NCBI GenBank assembly: GCA_964035545.1
Contig: OZ037772.1
Coordinates: 9,727,150 to 9,791,149 of the forward strand
DNA from: Bugula neritina
Taxonomy: Eukaryota; Animalia; Bryozoa
Direction of reading: 5' to 3'
Length of the DNA: 64,000 bases
Below, in pieces: positions 40,571 through 52,937 of the stretch. Each line of letters begins with the position of its first letter. Positions within the stretch are counted from its first letter, which is position 1. The notes below the pieces were generated by a model. The model had not been told where the DNA came from. It did no database searches and saw nothing but the letters and a program-made list of their open reading frames with translations. The position numbers and the translations under genes were made by a program.

Positions 40571-43500
40571 TTACACAAGAGTTTTATCTTTCAAAACATT
40601 CAACATATAGTCAACTTCGCATTTTGCTTTTGGAACCATTTCAGTGTTCGTCATATCTGATGCACCGGAAATGACATCACCAGTGACTCCATCTCCACAC
40701 CTTTCACAAGTTGTTGCAAACCTCTGTTCAGAAAATTCTTGATTTTCAGACTTTAGGGAGTTGTCTCTACTATAAGACAGACAACTCTCTTCAGAATTCA
40801 CCTCCGTGTAGCTGTCACACTCTTTCACTGAGTTGTATTTATCTTCCGACAGACATTCCTTACAAGAATTTCCTTCATCAGTTGAAAACTTACCACTGCC
40901 GCTGTTTTCACATGTCTGGGATTCGTTAGTCGGAGAAATTGCAAAGACAGTACTTAGATTTGACTCAGAACATTCTTCTTCATTGACAGTAGATTTCTTC
41001 AACAAAATTATTAAAAAAACAAATATAAATATCACACAGTTAAACCTTTTTGTTTGACAAAAACATTATGCAATCACACAATGGCACTGAAGTGAATTTT
41101 GTATAATTCTTCAAAATTTAATTTGATATAAAAGTAAAGGGGACAACCAAGCACATTGTTTGTATACAGTCCAATATTTTGTATATACAACTCAATTACG
41201 TTTTTATCATCTAAAAATTTCTTCTTTTCCAAAATTCCCTAAGATATTTTAATTACAAGTAGTTTTGAAGAGGATTTTAACTTGTCAAATTTGAAGCTCG
41301 TAAAGGTGTGATCAGTGGTGTTTATAATTGACAAACTGTTCATTGTTTCAAACTGGAAACATTAATTACAGCCTAATGCAAGTATGCTATTACCAAGTCT
41401 TTAAAAATCATGCAAGTTTAATGTCACTTACCCTGTAAAAATCTCTGAAAAAAAGGGGTTACTATATAAAGCAGGCAAAAGACTTATTCATATAGGTGAC
41501 AGATGAACAATAATATTCTATAGATGCTCTTCCTAACATCACCAATGGTATATTTACTAGAAATTGAACCCATGACCCCTAGACTACGGCTGCTACCTAG
41601 CTTACCGAATCTTTACTTTCACACAGGATGTATTCAATCCTGTGCTGAGCTGGCAGTTCCAGTAGAATGGGGTCCTCTATACGACGCCATGTTTCACCAG
41701 GTCCCAAAGCAGTTAGAATGTACCTATGGTTCAGCTGTATGACATCTAAGTCTCTCATTCTCAGGAGTTTCTTCTTATTAATAAACAAATGACCCTGAAA
41801 AAAGGTCAAATAATTATGTACATTAAACATTTTAGTTTCAACACAACAACTTTTTGCTTATGGGCAAAAAACTTTTAATTCTAGGTAGTCAAAAACTTAT
41901 AGTTAGCTTTATAATTAAAACATTTATTTTATTTAATTTATTATATTATGTTTATATAGTATTATTTCTTTTCTATAGATGTTTTAAAACTTATTTGTTG
42001 TCAACATTTGTAGCATAAAAACTAAAACTAGAGCAAGATTTGACATTATAATAAAGAGGCTTTTGTGTTTGAAGGTCTACAATAAATAAATTATTTATTT
42101 AAAACATTCAAACTCTTGAAAAAGCACTAAAAGCACTAAAACACTGAAATTTAAAAAACTTTACCGCTTTAAAATTTGTTTTAGTGTACATATGCATGTA
42201 ATACATGTATTTAAGTCAAATAATTTACAATATACATAATATTAGAAAAAACTTGCCTAAATAAAGCATTATTAATGGATAAAACTGTATATAATTAAAT
42301 ATCCATAAGCTATAAATTACAAAAGACTGGGTTTGAGCAAACTTTACCCAAAACTGAGAGCACTCAGAGTCTGTTAGAGGAGAGACAAGCTTACAGAAGT
42401 CATCTATTAGACTTCCTGACCAGTTGATCATGGAACTTTCTAGAGCTTCAGAAACTACACTCGAAACAGCCATCATACACTGCAAGTGTTAATGACCAGA
42501 GTATAATATATCTCAATCTAGCTTAAAGCATAGAAATATTATAATTAAAGTGGTTTAAATCAAAACAAATGATTTGCTGGATTGTATGTTATAATTGTTG
42601 AAGAGTATATGACCAATTAAATAAAAGCAATATTTTTTACACGCACACATCGTAATATGATATATTACAACGTAATATGATATAAGTAAAACTAGTCTGA
42701 TAGCAACTTATAAGAATTTTTTTTATTAATTGTAGGTTTTTAGAAAAAAAATTGCGCGGTCACGATAAAAAAGAGCAGTTTTAAGGAATATATTCATACA
42801 ATTTAAATTTTTGACTTTGAATTTGAAGTCTTTTTAACATTTATAAAATGTAAATATCTTCTATTTTTTCAATATTCCCTAAAATTTATATCAATTTAAA
42901 AATAATGTGAGCAACCATTTTGCAATGCCTTTGTATCACCAATAAAATTAAATTTAGAATGTGAAGTGACTTTTTTTTTAAATTTTATAGTAGCTTTGGA
43001 AACAATAATAAAATATTGTGAAGGTACACAATCTTAGCTATAATACAGTAGTAAAAATATTGTATTTGTTTTGATAGAATCTGCACACCTGAAAAAATTG
43101 ATAATGTAATTAATTTTCTTTGTCATTAAACCTTTTGGCAAGAAATTTCCAAAGCATTAAAAAGCTTTATATAAATGACATTTGTAAACTTATACTCACG
43201 CTTATGATTCTATCAGGACTGCATTTTGCAGGCAGGCAGAATGGCCCAGCGATTTGACTCACTACAGTTCTCATTGTGTGCAGTGCAGAGTAATTAGGCA
43301 GAAAGTGGGGCAGTTCTTTTTTCAACTGTCTAACTAATATTTTATATCTGTAATCTGATCGTATCTTCTTCACTGATAAAAAAATTCAGGTAATAATTTT
43401 AACTTGCACTTAAAAAGTCAGTTTATCTTTTATAAGTATTTAAATTTAAAAAATGAAAAGAGTGTTTGTTAGCTGAAAAGCAATTATTAGTTCAAAGAAT

Positions 43501-46500
43501 ATAAAAAAATTTAACACACTCTGAAGTAGAATTTAGCGGAATAACATTCGTTACTTAATAGGTTACTTTTATATACGTATATAGACTATAAAAATTGTCA
43601 AACATCCAAGTGTAAAATTAAGTCTATAAACATTGGAATATTTCAAATAATAATTTGTTTTAAATTGGATGACAAAGTTATGTTGACCTTTATTATATTG
43701 CCAGATTTTTCATATATTACGTCAAAAATGTTAATTTTTAAAACAAGCATATATATATAGCAGGATCAAAATCAACATTTAGTATAACTTTCATTAGCTT
43801 TTGATTAATAAAATAGTATATATTATATTTACTGTATTTAGCTGAAAAATACATGATAAAACTACAGCCAACACAATTTTTTATGTTATTTAATTTCTTG
43901 AAGGATATGCTAACAAAAAATTGCACTAAACAAAACACTCTATTTACATTGTATGTATTATATTTCAATAAAAATATTTTTAGCAATAACTTTATATATA
44001 TTTGTCTAAGTTAGGCAATAAAGTTAAAAGCATAACCTACTGTATTCCAGCAAGAAATCTGAAAACTCTGTGTCTTGTAGCTCTTTCAATCCTTGAGGAC
44101 AAACAATTAAACATTTCAACGGTGTTTTAGCTGGAGCACAGACCCTGAAACATGTGGCACACACATATCAATTTCATGCGTGAAATTCATTGTAAGGAAA
44201 TTGCTTACTAGTGTATATAACAAAGTAAATGAATCACAGTTAAAAAATATTTGTTTCACAGTAAAATCTTATGAGATAAATTTTTTGACTCGAAAAGTTT
44301 TTTTTCTATATTAATACACGTTTGCAGACTGACACTATTAAAATTTTCTTAGAGGACAGGGGACAGCTAATTAATTTACCTGATATATATTTTGGAAACT
44401 ATTGTTTACAAACTGAATTGAATGATCTCACAGCTGAATAATTTTCAATACTTATATAAGAATATCATATGTTTAGATTGCTTGCTGCATGCTGCAGTTA
44501 TGTACAGGTAATTATAGTTACCGCTGTCATGTAAATTTCTTTTATTATGGTTAAAACATGCAACTACCTGGATCTCTATAAAATAAACTTATAATAATAA
44601 ATTCACCAGCAAAAATAAATAATTAGCCATTGATTATTGAATGTATTTTTAGTAAACTTACATTTGTTTGATGCCTAAAAGCATCACATTTTTCATAGTA
44701 AACTTTCCCATGTCCACTGTGTCAAGTGGGGATAACTGAGCCATTGGAATCTGCTGTACTAAAATATCATAGTAAAGAACTGAATGATTTTTCTTACTAT
44801 TTATTGAAATGTGAATAATTACGAAATTCTAACTTAAAAGTGCAAAATATGACACAAATATTTTAAATCGTAAATTAAATATTTTTTTGAATATTTGCAA
44901 TAATTAAATTTGAATGAAAAAAAAATGCAAATGATTAAAATAATTAAAGCTAATAAAAAATTAAGCTAATACAATATTCTAAACTGTTATATAACTTATA
45001 GAAGCATTTTGATTTATAACACTAAAGAAAAATTTAATTAAAAAAAAACATATATATAGAATCATAATACTTTAGTGACAGTTAGTATGCAGTTTGAAGT
45101 ATATGCAGTGATAATTATAGTCTGGTTTTCTTTTATTCTTATAGCATTCAATTTTTAAATCAGCAATTATAACGTACACTAGTTTTATGCTGTCTAGTTT
45201 ATGTCATGTATTTGGAAACAATATCTAGAACTATTGGTGTAAAGATTCTATGCGCATATACAATAAAATAGCCTAATCATTTAAAAACAGGTGTTAATGC
45301 AGAGTGTCAAGAAAGCATAATTTCAAATCGTAAAAAAAAATTTGATTAAAAATTTTCAAAATAACCTAAAGTTTTTTAAATTGAAAGGCTTTGCATCTAA
45401 GACACAGTCTATTATAATGACTGTACTTATAGAGTTATATTAATATAATGAACTAAATGCATACTTATATGTGAATTCAGCTTGAGTACAACTTGAATTT
45501 ATCTTAAATGGAACTTGACTCAACTTAAGTTCATTAAAATAACTTTGCTCATAAAATAGTTGAACTAGATCAAAAACTCTTAGCAACTTGATAGCCAAAG
45601 CTACAAAAAGCAACAAATGAAACTTTTAACAAAAGCTTCTGCTTTGGCCTTACAGAAATTATGAGTAAAATGTAAACTATTATATTGGTACAAAAAGCTA
45701 GTTTATTCTTATAACATTTCAAAACTCCTTTGCCTATAGGCACAAAGAAACTAAAGAAAGCAACCAAAGCCACTGTTATAATATACTATTGGTTTTTCAA
45801 AAAAAACATATTAATGATGCTGCAAGTATATTACTGCATGTTTTGTTCCCATTTAGGTATTTAGTTTGTTTTTCAAAGTTATTAACATTAGTGTTAATTC
45901 TTCCTGCAGTTATTTTGACTATTTTGCTAATTGAAGAAATAGAATTTTAAATAGAATAATTGCCTATATATATATTCTAATAATACAAAAAATATTTGTT
46001 GAATATTTATACTGTATGTTATTATATGCAAAATTCAAATCTTTAATCAATATGTTAATAGCATGAACTTGATAATTATCATATTATTTAATTTTCAGAC
46101 TAACATGCACGCATATTTCCTTTTTTAGTCTTTGTATTCAGTGATTTCAATGAAATTCTGTGAATGTAAACAGAAAGTGTACAAATGGAGTTGCTAAAAA
46201 AAACTGTACAAATATGTTATATAATCTTATATTATAAAATTTCTGTTTGTTTCAGAAATAAATGTTTGCAATTGAAAGTTTATCTAATTCTAATAAGTGT
46301 TTAGGTAGTTGTAACTAAAGAAATGTACTGCTGACATAGGCTAAAACAAATGTTCCATGCAACTATAATATCGTCTGCAAATCTTTCCACCCGATATTCA
46401 ATATGGCCGCCTGTCTCCATCAGTCTTTGTTCATCCATCAGAGAAGACAACTGGCTAGCAAAGATCCGTAGAGTAGCACCAGGAGGGTTGCCTATAATGA

Positions 46501-47143
46501 GCTCCCTAACTTTCAGTGCTAAGCGGACAGTGGAACCAAGGATATTGGGTAGCTCTCTAGCTTTTAAAAAATAATACATACAGTCAATGACTCTTAGCAA
46601 CTAAATTTTTGCTGAAAAAATAAAATAATTGTTTTCCAACTGGTTATTTGAATAAAATATATCACTGATCAATTTGTTCAAAAGTTTAAGTTTTAGTGAT
46701 TCCTGCATATGTAAGACTTTAATATAAAGCATTGAAAATTATATTACTATATAAGTTGAATGAATACAAAAATTGTTAAGATATAAATTAAAAGTCCAGT
46801 GTTTATAGGCAAAAGGATGTAGAAGTAGATATTGTATCAACAACTTGAATAGCACCACTTAACAAAAGCTGAACCACAACCTAAAAAAATACTCTTTATA
46901 CTTTTATAAGTTTAAAAGTTTCAAATATATACAGCTACATGCAGATATTGAAATGGAACTTAGGCAATTAATTTTAAAATTTTTAATACCTTCTTCATTT
47001 TGCGAGTTTGCGTTTCTAGTTTGAGACCGAATTCTGTTGAAATATTCGGTGTAATGAGTTCGGAGCTCAGAGATATTTCTTGCTATAACTCGCATCAGCT
47101 GTGTGTCATATCCACACATTTGAAACCTGCAACATAATGTCAC

Positions 47144-47204
<61 letters not shown>

Positions 47205-47542
47205 GTGTTGTGTGTGTTGTGTGCGTGTGTGTGTGTGTGTGTTGTGTGTGTTGCGCATGTGTGTGCGTGTACTTGAGTGTGTGTTGTTTGCTTGTGAGTG
47301 TGTATGTGTTTTGTGTGTGTTGTGTGTAGTTTGGTGTGTGTGTGCGTGTGTGTGTGTGCGTGTGTGTGTGTGCGCGCGCGTGTGTGTGTGTGTGTGCGTG
47401 TGTGTGCGTGCGTGCATGAGCGCGTGAGTGTGTGTGTATGATACTAGCAAAGAGTATAAAATATTTCTTTTCATGATGCACTAAATAACATTAATTCTTT
47501 ATCTAACCTATACATAACGAAGTCAACTATTGACTGGTCCAT
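40571..47542 (-). CDS. Gene C: uncharacterised multi-exon protein with an acidic Ser/Glu/Cys-rich C-terminal exon
   Basis: Phase-consistent exons 47508-47542 (MDQSIVDFVMYR), 46990-47126, ~46329-46560, probable ~45464-45600, 44662-44758, 44041-44144, 43200-43372, 42348-42479, 41606-41794, 40571-40996. Splice sites between 44.8 and 46.3 kb are unresolved. No family recognised. Confidence 0.7.
41523..41596 (-). mobile_element. Same SINE family fragment
   Basis: GATGCTCTTCCTAACATCACCAATGG...GAACCCATGACC..AGACTACGGCTGCT. Confidence 0.75.
47146..47440. repeat. (TG)n compound microsatellite
   Basis: Direct inspection. It explains three spurious ORFs. Confidence 0.97.
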
Positions 47543-48953
47543 TTTAACTATTCTTGTAACTTCCTTTCCTTTTCATTTTTTCTTTCTAAAAAATACGCAG
47601 TAATAAACTAAATTCCAAACAATTCATCATTTTTTTAAAGAACATCATAATTTATTCAACTTGTTGATTTAGCATTACACAAAATAAAAGATAAAGTTAC
47701 ATGATTAGATGAATAATATTTTAGAGACCAAAAGCTACATAATTTAAATATACTGTATAATATAATATAACAATAAAATAATTAGAATGTCATGTGATAT
47801 ACTGTATAATATTTACATGTGTATATAATAGAATATAACAATTTATGATATATAATGACATGATATAGAAAAATGTAACATTCAATATAACAAAACTCAT
47901 TATGATCATAAAGTAATTATAATACTTATCATGGTATGACGAAATATATACTTTATTTATAAAACATAATTCAAACTTATGCAGCATAATATTATAATGT
48001 TTAGGTAAAGTAAAACACAGCAGTTTGCTTAGTAAACATTATCAATATTGTTCACTTTAAAACAGCTGAGTTGAGTTATTGATTTAGAAAGCAGCTTTTA
48101 AATATCTACATTGAAAGCATATGCGAACAAAAAGATGAAACAATACAAAATAAACAAACAAAACAGCAATTTAAAGCTCAGATGTATAACTTACAGAGTT
48201 AAAGATTTTTCGATTTTTTTTGAAGTGTTTATAATAATATTTTATGAAATATAATACTTTTAATTAATCTCACAGACTATTGCAATTTAAAGTATAAATT
48301 GTTAACATTCTTTTTTTTTAGGAAATAATAGTTTATTTTGATGATAATATTATGCCTAACCATGTTCATTGAAATTATGAAGTGAAATATCTAAAAATAA
48401 ACCAGAAAAAGCGCTTCAAAATTTATTGTTTTAATTGCGACATAAATTATAGATTATTATTGACCAAAAGTAGACAGAATATTAATTTTTGCTTTGATGT
48501 CATATAAATTGTAAAAGTTGACATTATTTATTTTTTAATGTAACTTTATAAGAACAGCCTTAAAATATTATTCTGTGTCACATGAATAAAAACAACTATA
48601 GTTATGCTTCTTTTTCTGTAATAAATTAGTAAAAATACTTGTCATAAATTATTATGTATACAATTTTTTGTTTTAAACTTTTTTAAATTTTTTAATAGAT
48701 TAAAGCGTATATAGTAAGTATTTTAACTGCAAACTTTTTTAAAAAGACATAAGTGGAATTCAATTAAATTTTTGTCCTAATCATAAATAATTATTCTTTT
48801 ACAAGTCAAATCAGCTATTAAAATTTGTTAATTGGAATGACAAGAATGTGGGCCATTTTTTTTAAAATGAAACTTTTTTTAAAAAGTTCCAATTTTATAT
48901 TTTGTTTTATTTTTAAGAGCTGGTCTCTAAATTAAAATTAAAATTAAATTAAA

Positions 48954-51900
48954 ATGCCCAAACTAGGACAAATGCCTGGACTGATATTAATATCTTCGTC
49001 GCTACTTTCTCACCCCCTGAGAGTTCGACATCATCGCGATAAGTACCCTTTTGACGACCTCATCATTTCTGTCATTCGTCAAAGGTATATAAACACGCTC
49101 ATCAAATCAGTTATAATCTTATACCACTGAGGCATAAAGCAAAAAAACGTACTTATAGCACTTTTGATAAATCTGAAAATAAAATCAATTGCATGCAACT
49201 GAAGCCACTAGTTTCAGTTCTACAAAAAGCAAAACAACAGTGTTTTCTTTAGTAGGATGCAAAAAAACTTATTGGAAAGCAATAATTATTGGTCCATTCT
49301 TCATTTTAAACCATTTAGTTATATAAAAATATATTAATAGTCAATATTTTTATGCTTGAGCCTGAAAAAAAATTGCAAAATTTTCTAATAAATACTACAC
49401 AATAATTTTGAATTTTTAATAGCAATTATTGCATGTCTATTAAATAATTTGAAAGAATGATTTATGTTTAATTTGTCCCATAAGTTATTTGCTAAAAATT
49501 GGAAATGATGATCACAAATGATATAAAAGTTTTAGCATTATATAGGTGTAATAGTACTCAGTATGCAGTATATAAGTTTGCAAATTTAAACTTATTGAAT
49601 TTAAACTAGTAAAATATTTTCAGAAAATAAAGAACTTTTGCATGCATGTATCAAAAACAAAATTTCTAAAAACTTAATAAAATGCTGCAGCAAAAACCAA
49701 AACTTGCGACATTTAATTCTCAAAAGTATATATAGAGAAGCTCAATTTACTTTTTACTAAAATTAACATAGATATAACGTTGCATTACATAAAACAATTT
49801 AGATCAATTATACATAGCTGTAGTCAACTGAGTATAACTTCGAGTGCGGAAAAAACGTAGCCTACAATAAATGTATTAAAACAATACAACATTAAAGAAG
49901 TGTATAACAATAATTTAAAATAAAATTCAGCTAACTAAACTTTTATATTGCAGTGCCCCTGTAGAAGTCAAGCGAACCGGTCTACTAAAAGGACTGAATA
50001 AACTGTCATGTGACCATGTGGGTCGGCCAATGGGTGTGCTTCTACATCTTTATGGTATGTTTATATGTTATTTTACATATTCTTTAATCTCTGATTGAAT
50101 AAATTTAAGTTTATTGATTGGAGTTGTCAGCACACTTTATTCGGATGCTTTAATGTGTTTGATTCAATATTGTGCTGACAATTCCCACAAATACAATTTT
50201 TATTAGCATTGCAAGCAGTGTTATGAGATCTTTAATGAGCTAAAAAATTAGATTTGATTTTAAAAAGAGCAGACACTTCCTAATAGGTTTATTCTAAAAT
50301 CATAATATTGCTATAGCGATGCTTTAGGACTGAGGATTGCTGCTGCGGATGGATATGAGGCTCTTATATCAGAATTCACTTCAGCAGTTTCTCCGTTTGA
50401 ACCAAATGATGTTGCTAAAACTAAGCTTCTCTTCACTATCTCTAAATATTTTAAGAAAGACACTGTTTACGGCCTCTTTGAAGATGATCAGTTAATGATG
50501 GTTGGTAGCCATAGTGTTCATAGCAACCAGTTAGCGATTATAGCAACTAGCTAGCAACCGTAGTAACTAGCTAGTAACCATAGCAAATGTCTAGTAATCA
50601 TAGCAACTAATTAGTAACCATGGCAACTAGCCACAGTAACCATAGCAACGGGCTGGTAACCACAGCGACTGGTTATAGTAGTGACATATTTATGCTTTAA
50701 AAAAATTCATACTAAAAGCAGCTGAAATATTAGTCATGTGAATCCACAATATTCATCAAAAAATAAATTTGAGTTGCAATAATTTTAAATGCATATAAGA
50801 TATTGATAATGATTTGATGATACAAGAATGTAAAATATTCTGCATTCAAATTTTTTTTACGTATCCTTTGCAGATTATGTGTATAACGTCAAATTTGGTG
50901 GTTGATTCTATTCTGAAGCTTAAAGATAACTCCAGAGGAAAAAATATTATAAACTGGATAATGCATCATGTGGTGACAGAGCAATCTTCAGATGCATTTA
51001 GAAACCAGGCAGTGGGTTCTCATATCTATATCTATATTAATACAATTGCGGTTCAAAGTTCATATTTTCTTTATATTAAACAATAGTAACATGTAAAGCT
51101 AAGATCAAATTTTACCGTCTGCTAAGGGTTTAATTAATTGATCAATAATTTTTTCAGGGTACCACCACTGAACAAATTTTTTACCACATTTATTAAACAA
51201 AACTAGATGGAATTTTATTTCTGACAAAATCTAAATAACACTATTTTCAGCTTTAAAACATGATTGTTTGCTAATTTCGTGTGTCGTCTGCAGGAATCAT
51301 GGATGTCGAAGTTTGATTGGATGATTGACCCTGCAAGAGAAATCACTCTGTTTTCTGGAGCCAAAAAGTTAGCAACAACCACTAATCCTAGTAGCTGTCT
51401 CGCAAGTACCCCAACAACAGCTTTGCCAACTTACAGCTCAAAGTCTAATACTAACCAGCCAATGAAATCATTGCTAAAACCTCTAGTGGTGAGTCGCATA
51501 GGGTATTCACCAGTTTTACCTGGTAACTCAAACCAAGGGCCTGTGGCTTCGCAAATGCAAACACCTTTAAAACCAGTTTCACCAACAAAAGTAGCTGCAG
51601 CAACTTTACCCGCTCCACCAACAAAAGCCAAGGTTACCATTTTACCATCAACTGCCTTGCCCTACTCACCTCCTGGAACTAGTGGCTTATATAACCAACT
51701 GAGATCCACTTCGCCCAGATCATTGCTGAAAAATACACAAAATTCAAGCGGCCAGCATGTTGTCCTCTTTTCTCCATTTGCAGTGTCTGGAGCTACTTCC
51801 ACGGTCCAAGCAACGCAACCACCGGCAGCCAGTTCAAACCAAGCAGTGGTCAACCCTAATAAGCTTTTTGTGCTGACACCTCCACCACACACTCTCCAAC

Positions 51901-52325
51901 CTGCTACTCCTTGTTTACCATCTTCTACAGTTGTTGCCAGTCAACCTCATTCACCAGAAACATATAGAAATGTGTTGCCGAAAATGCCATCTTCAGCGGA
52001 ACATTCCAGAATAAGTCCAGAAACTTCTGGGGAAAATATATTTGAAACTGATAGCCCAAGAAGTAATCTGTCAGAAATTGAATCCTCCCAATCTTCACCA
52101 AATTATTACAAAACGATACCAGTTACACCAACACTTGGAGATGATATATTTGAAACTGATAGTCCTAGAAGTGATTTGTCAGAAATTGAATCTTCGCGAT
52201 CTTCACCAAATTATTACAAAACAATACCAGTTACACCAATGCTTGGAGACAATATATTTGAAAGTGACAGTTCAGATGAAGATCAAAGTTTTTCGTGTCC
52301 TCCAGCTAAAAGAAGAGCTAAATAA
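48954..52325 (+). CDS. Gene D: uncharacterised, probably nuclear protein (~524 aa) with a ~200-aa N-terminal domain, Pro/Ser/Thr-rich disordered region, 36-aa repeats and C-terminal NLS
   Basis: Exons 48954-49084, 49954-50054, 50328-50500, 50874-51011 and 51294-52325 join in frame (1575 nt). Begins MPKLGQMPGLILISS and ends PPAKRRAK. Confidence 0.75.
50505..50680. repeat. Degenerate ~19-20-bp minisatellite (AACCATAGCAACTAGCTAG-like) right after a gene D donor
   Basis: Direct inspection. Confidence 0.8.
52035..52265 (+). repeat. Coding tandem repeat of 108 bp (36 aa), ~2.2 copies, in gene D
   Basis: IFETDSPRS(N/D)LSEIESS(Q/R)SSPNYYKTIPVTP(T/M)LGD twice, then IFESDS. Confidence 0.95.
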
Positions 52326-52937
52326 AATTTTTTTAGGCTGATGCAATTTAAATTGCGTGAAAATAGAATTAACATGTTTTTGTTTTTAGCATAAATAATT
52401 TATGAATTATACAATAAACAGTTAAAACATATATTGTTATGGTTATAATATATGATTGTGAAATAACTAGTAATTAACATGATTGATTTTGCTGTATTAG
52501 CTTGTTATCATTTAAAAAAAAATAAGTAACAGTGTTAGTGAAGAAAGGCAATAGTCTCCTCACAGTCTGTAGTGGTTACAGAGCAAAATTTTATTATGAC
52601 AAAAAATTGTACATTGCAAAGAATAATTTTAATATACTGTCATTTTCTAGATATAATATATGTATGCTTATGTGAAGAGAGATAATATTAAGACAACTTC
52701 TAAGCTACCTACCATGGCTTTGGAAATTTGTGACATTCTACTTTATTTCAATATAAAGTGTATATTTCATACATATATTGATAGCAGATATTATATAAGC
52801 AACCTTTAATAATCCAATTATATAAATAGGAAAACTTAACAGCAAATTCGATACAATATGGAATATATTGGCAAATTATAATGATTATTATCAGCATTAT
52901 TTCATAAGTTTAACCTGTTCTTGTGTATCATTATCTT

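Noticed and set aside
47101-47481. Three overlapping Cys-Val / His-Thr ORFs (also 16015-16233)
   Set aside because: Translations of (TG)n/(CA)n microsatellites.
50268-50286. 19-nt microexon in gene D
   Set aside because: It would need a 30-nt intron. The acceptor at 50327 gives an in-frame join without it.
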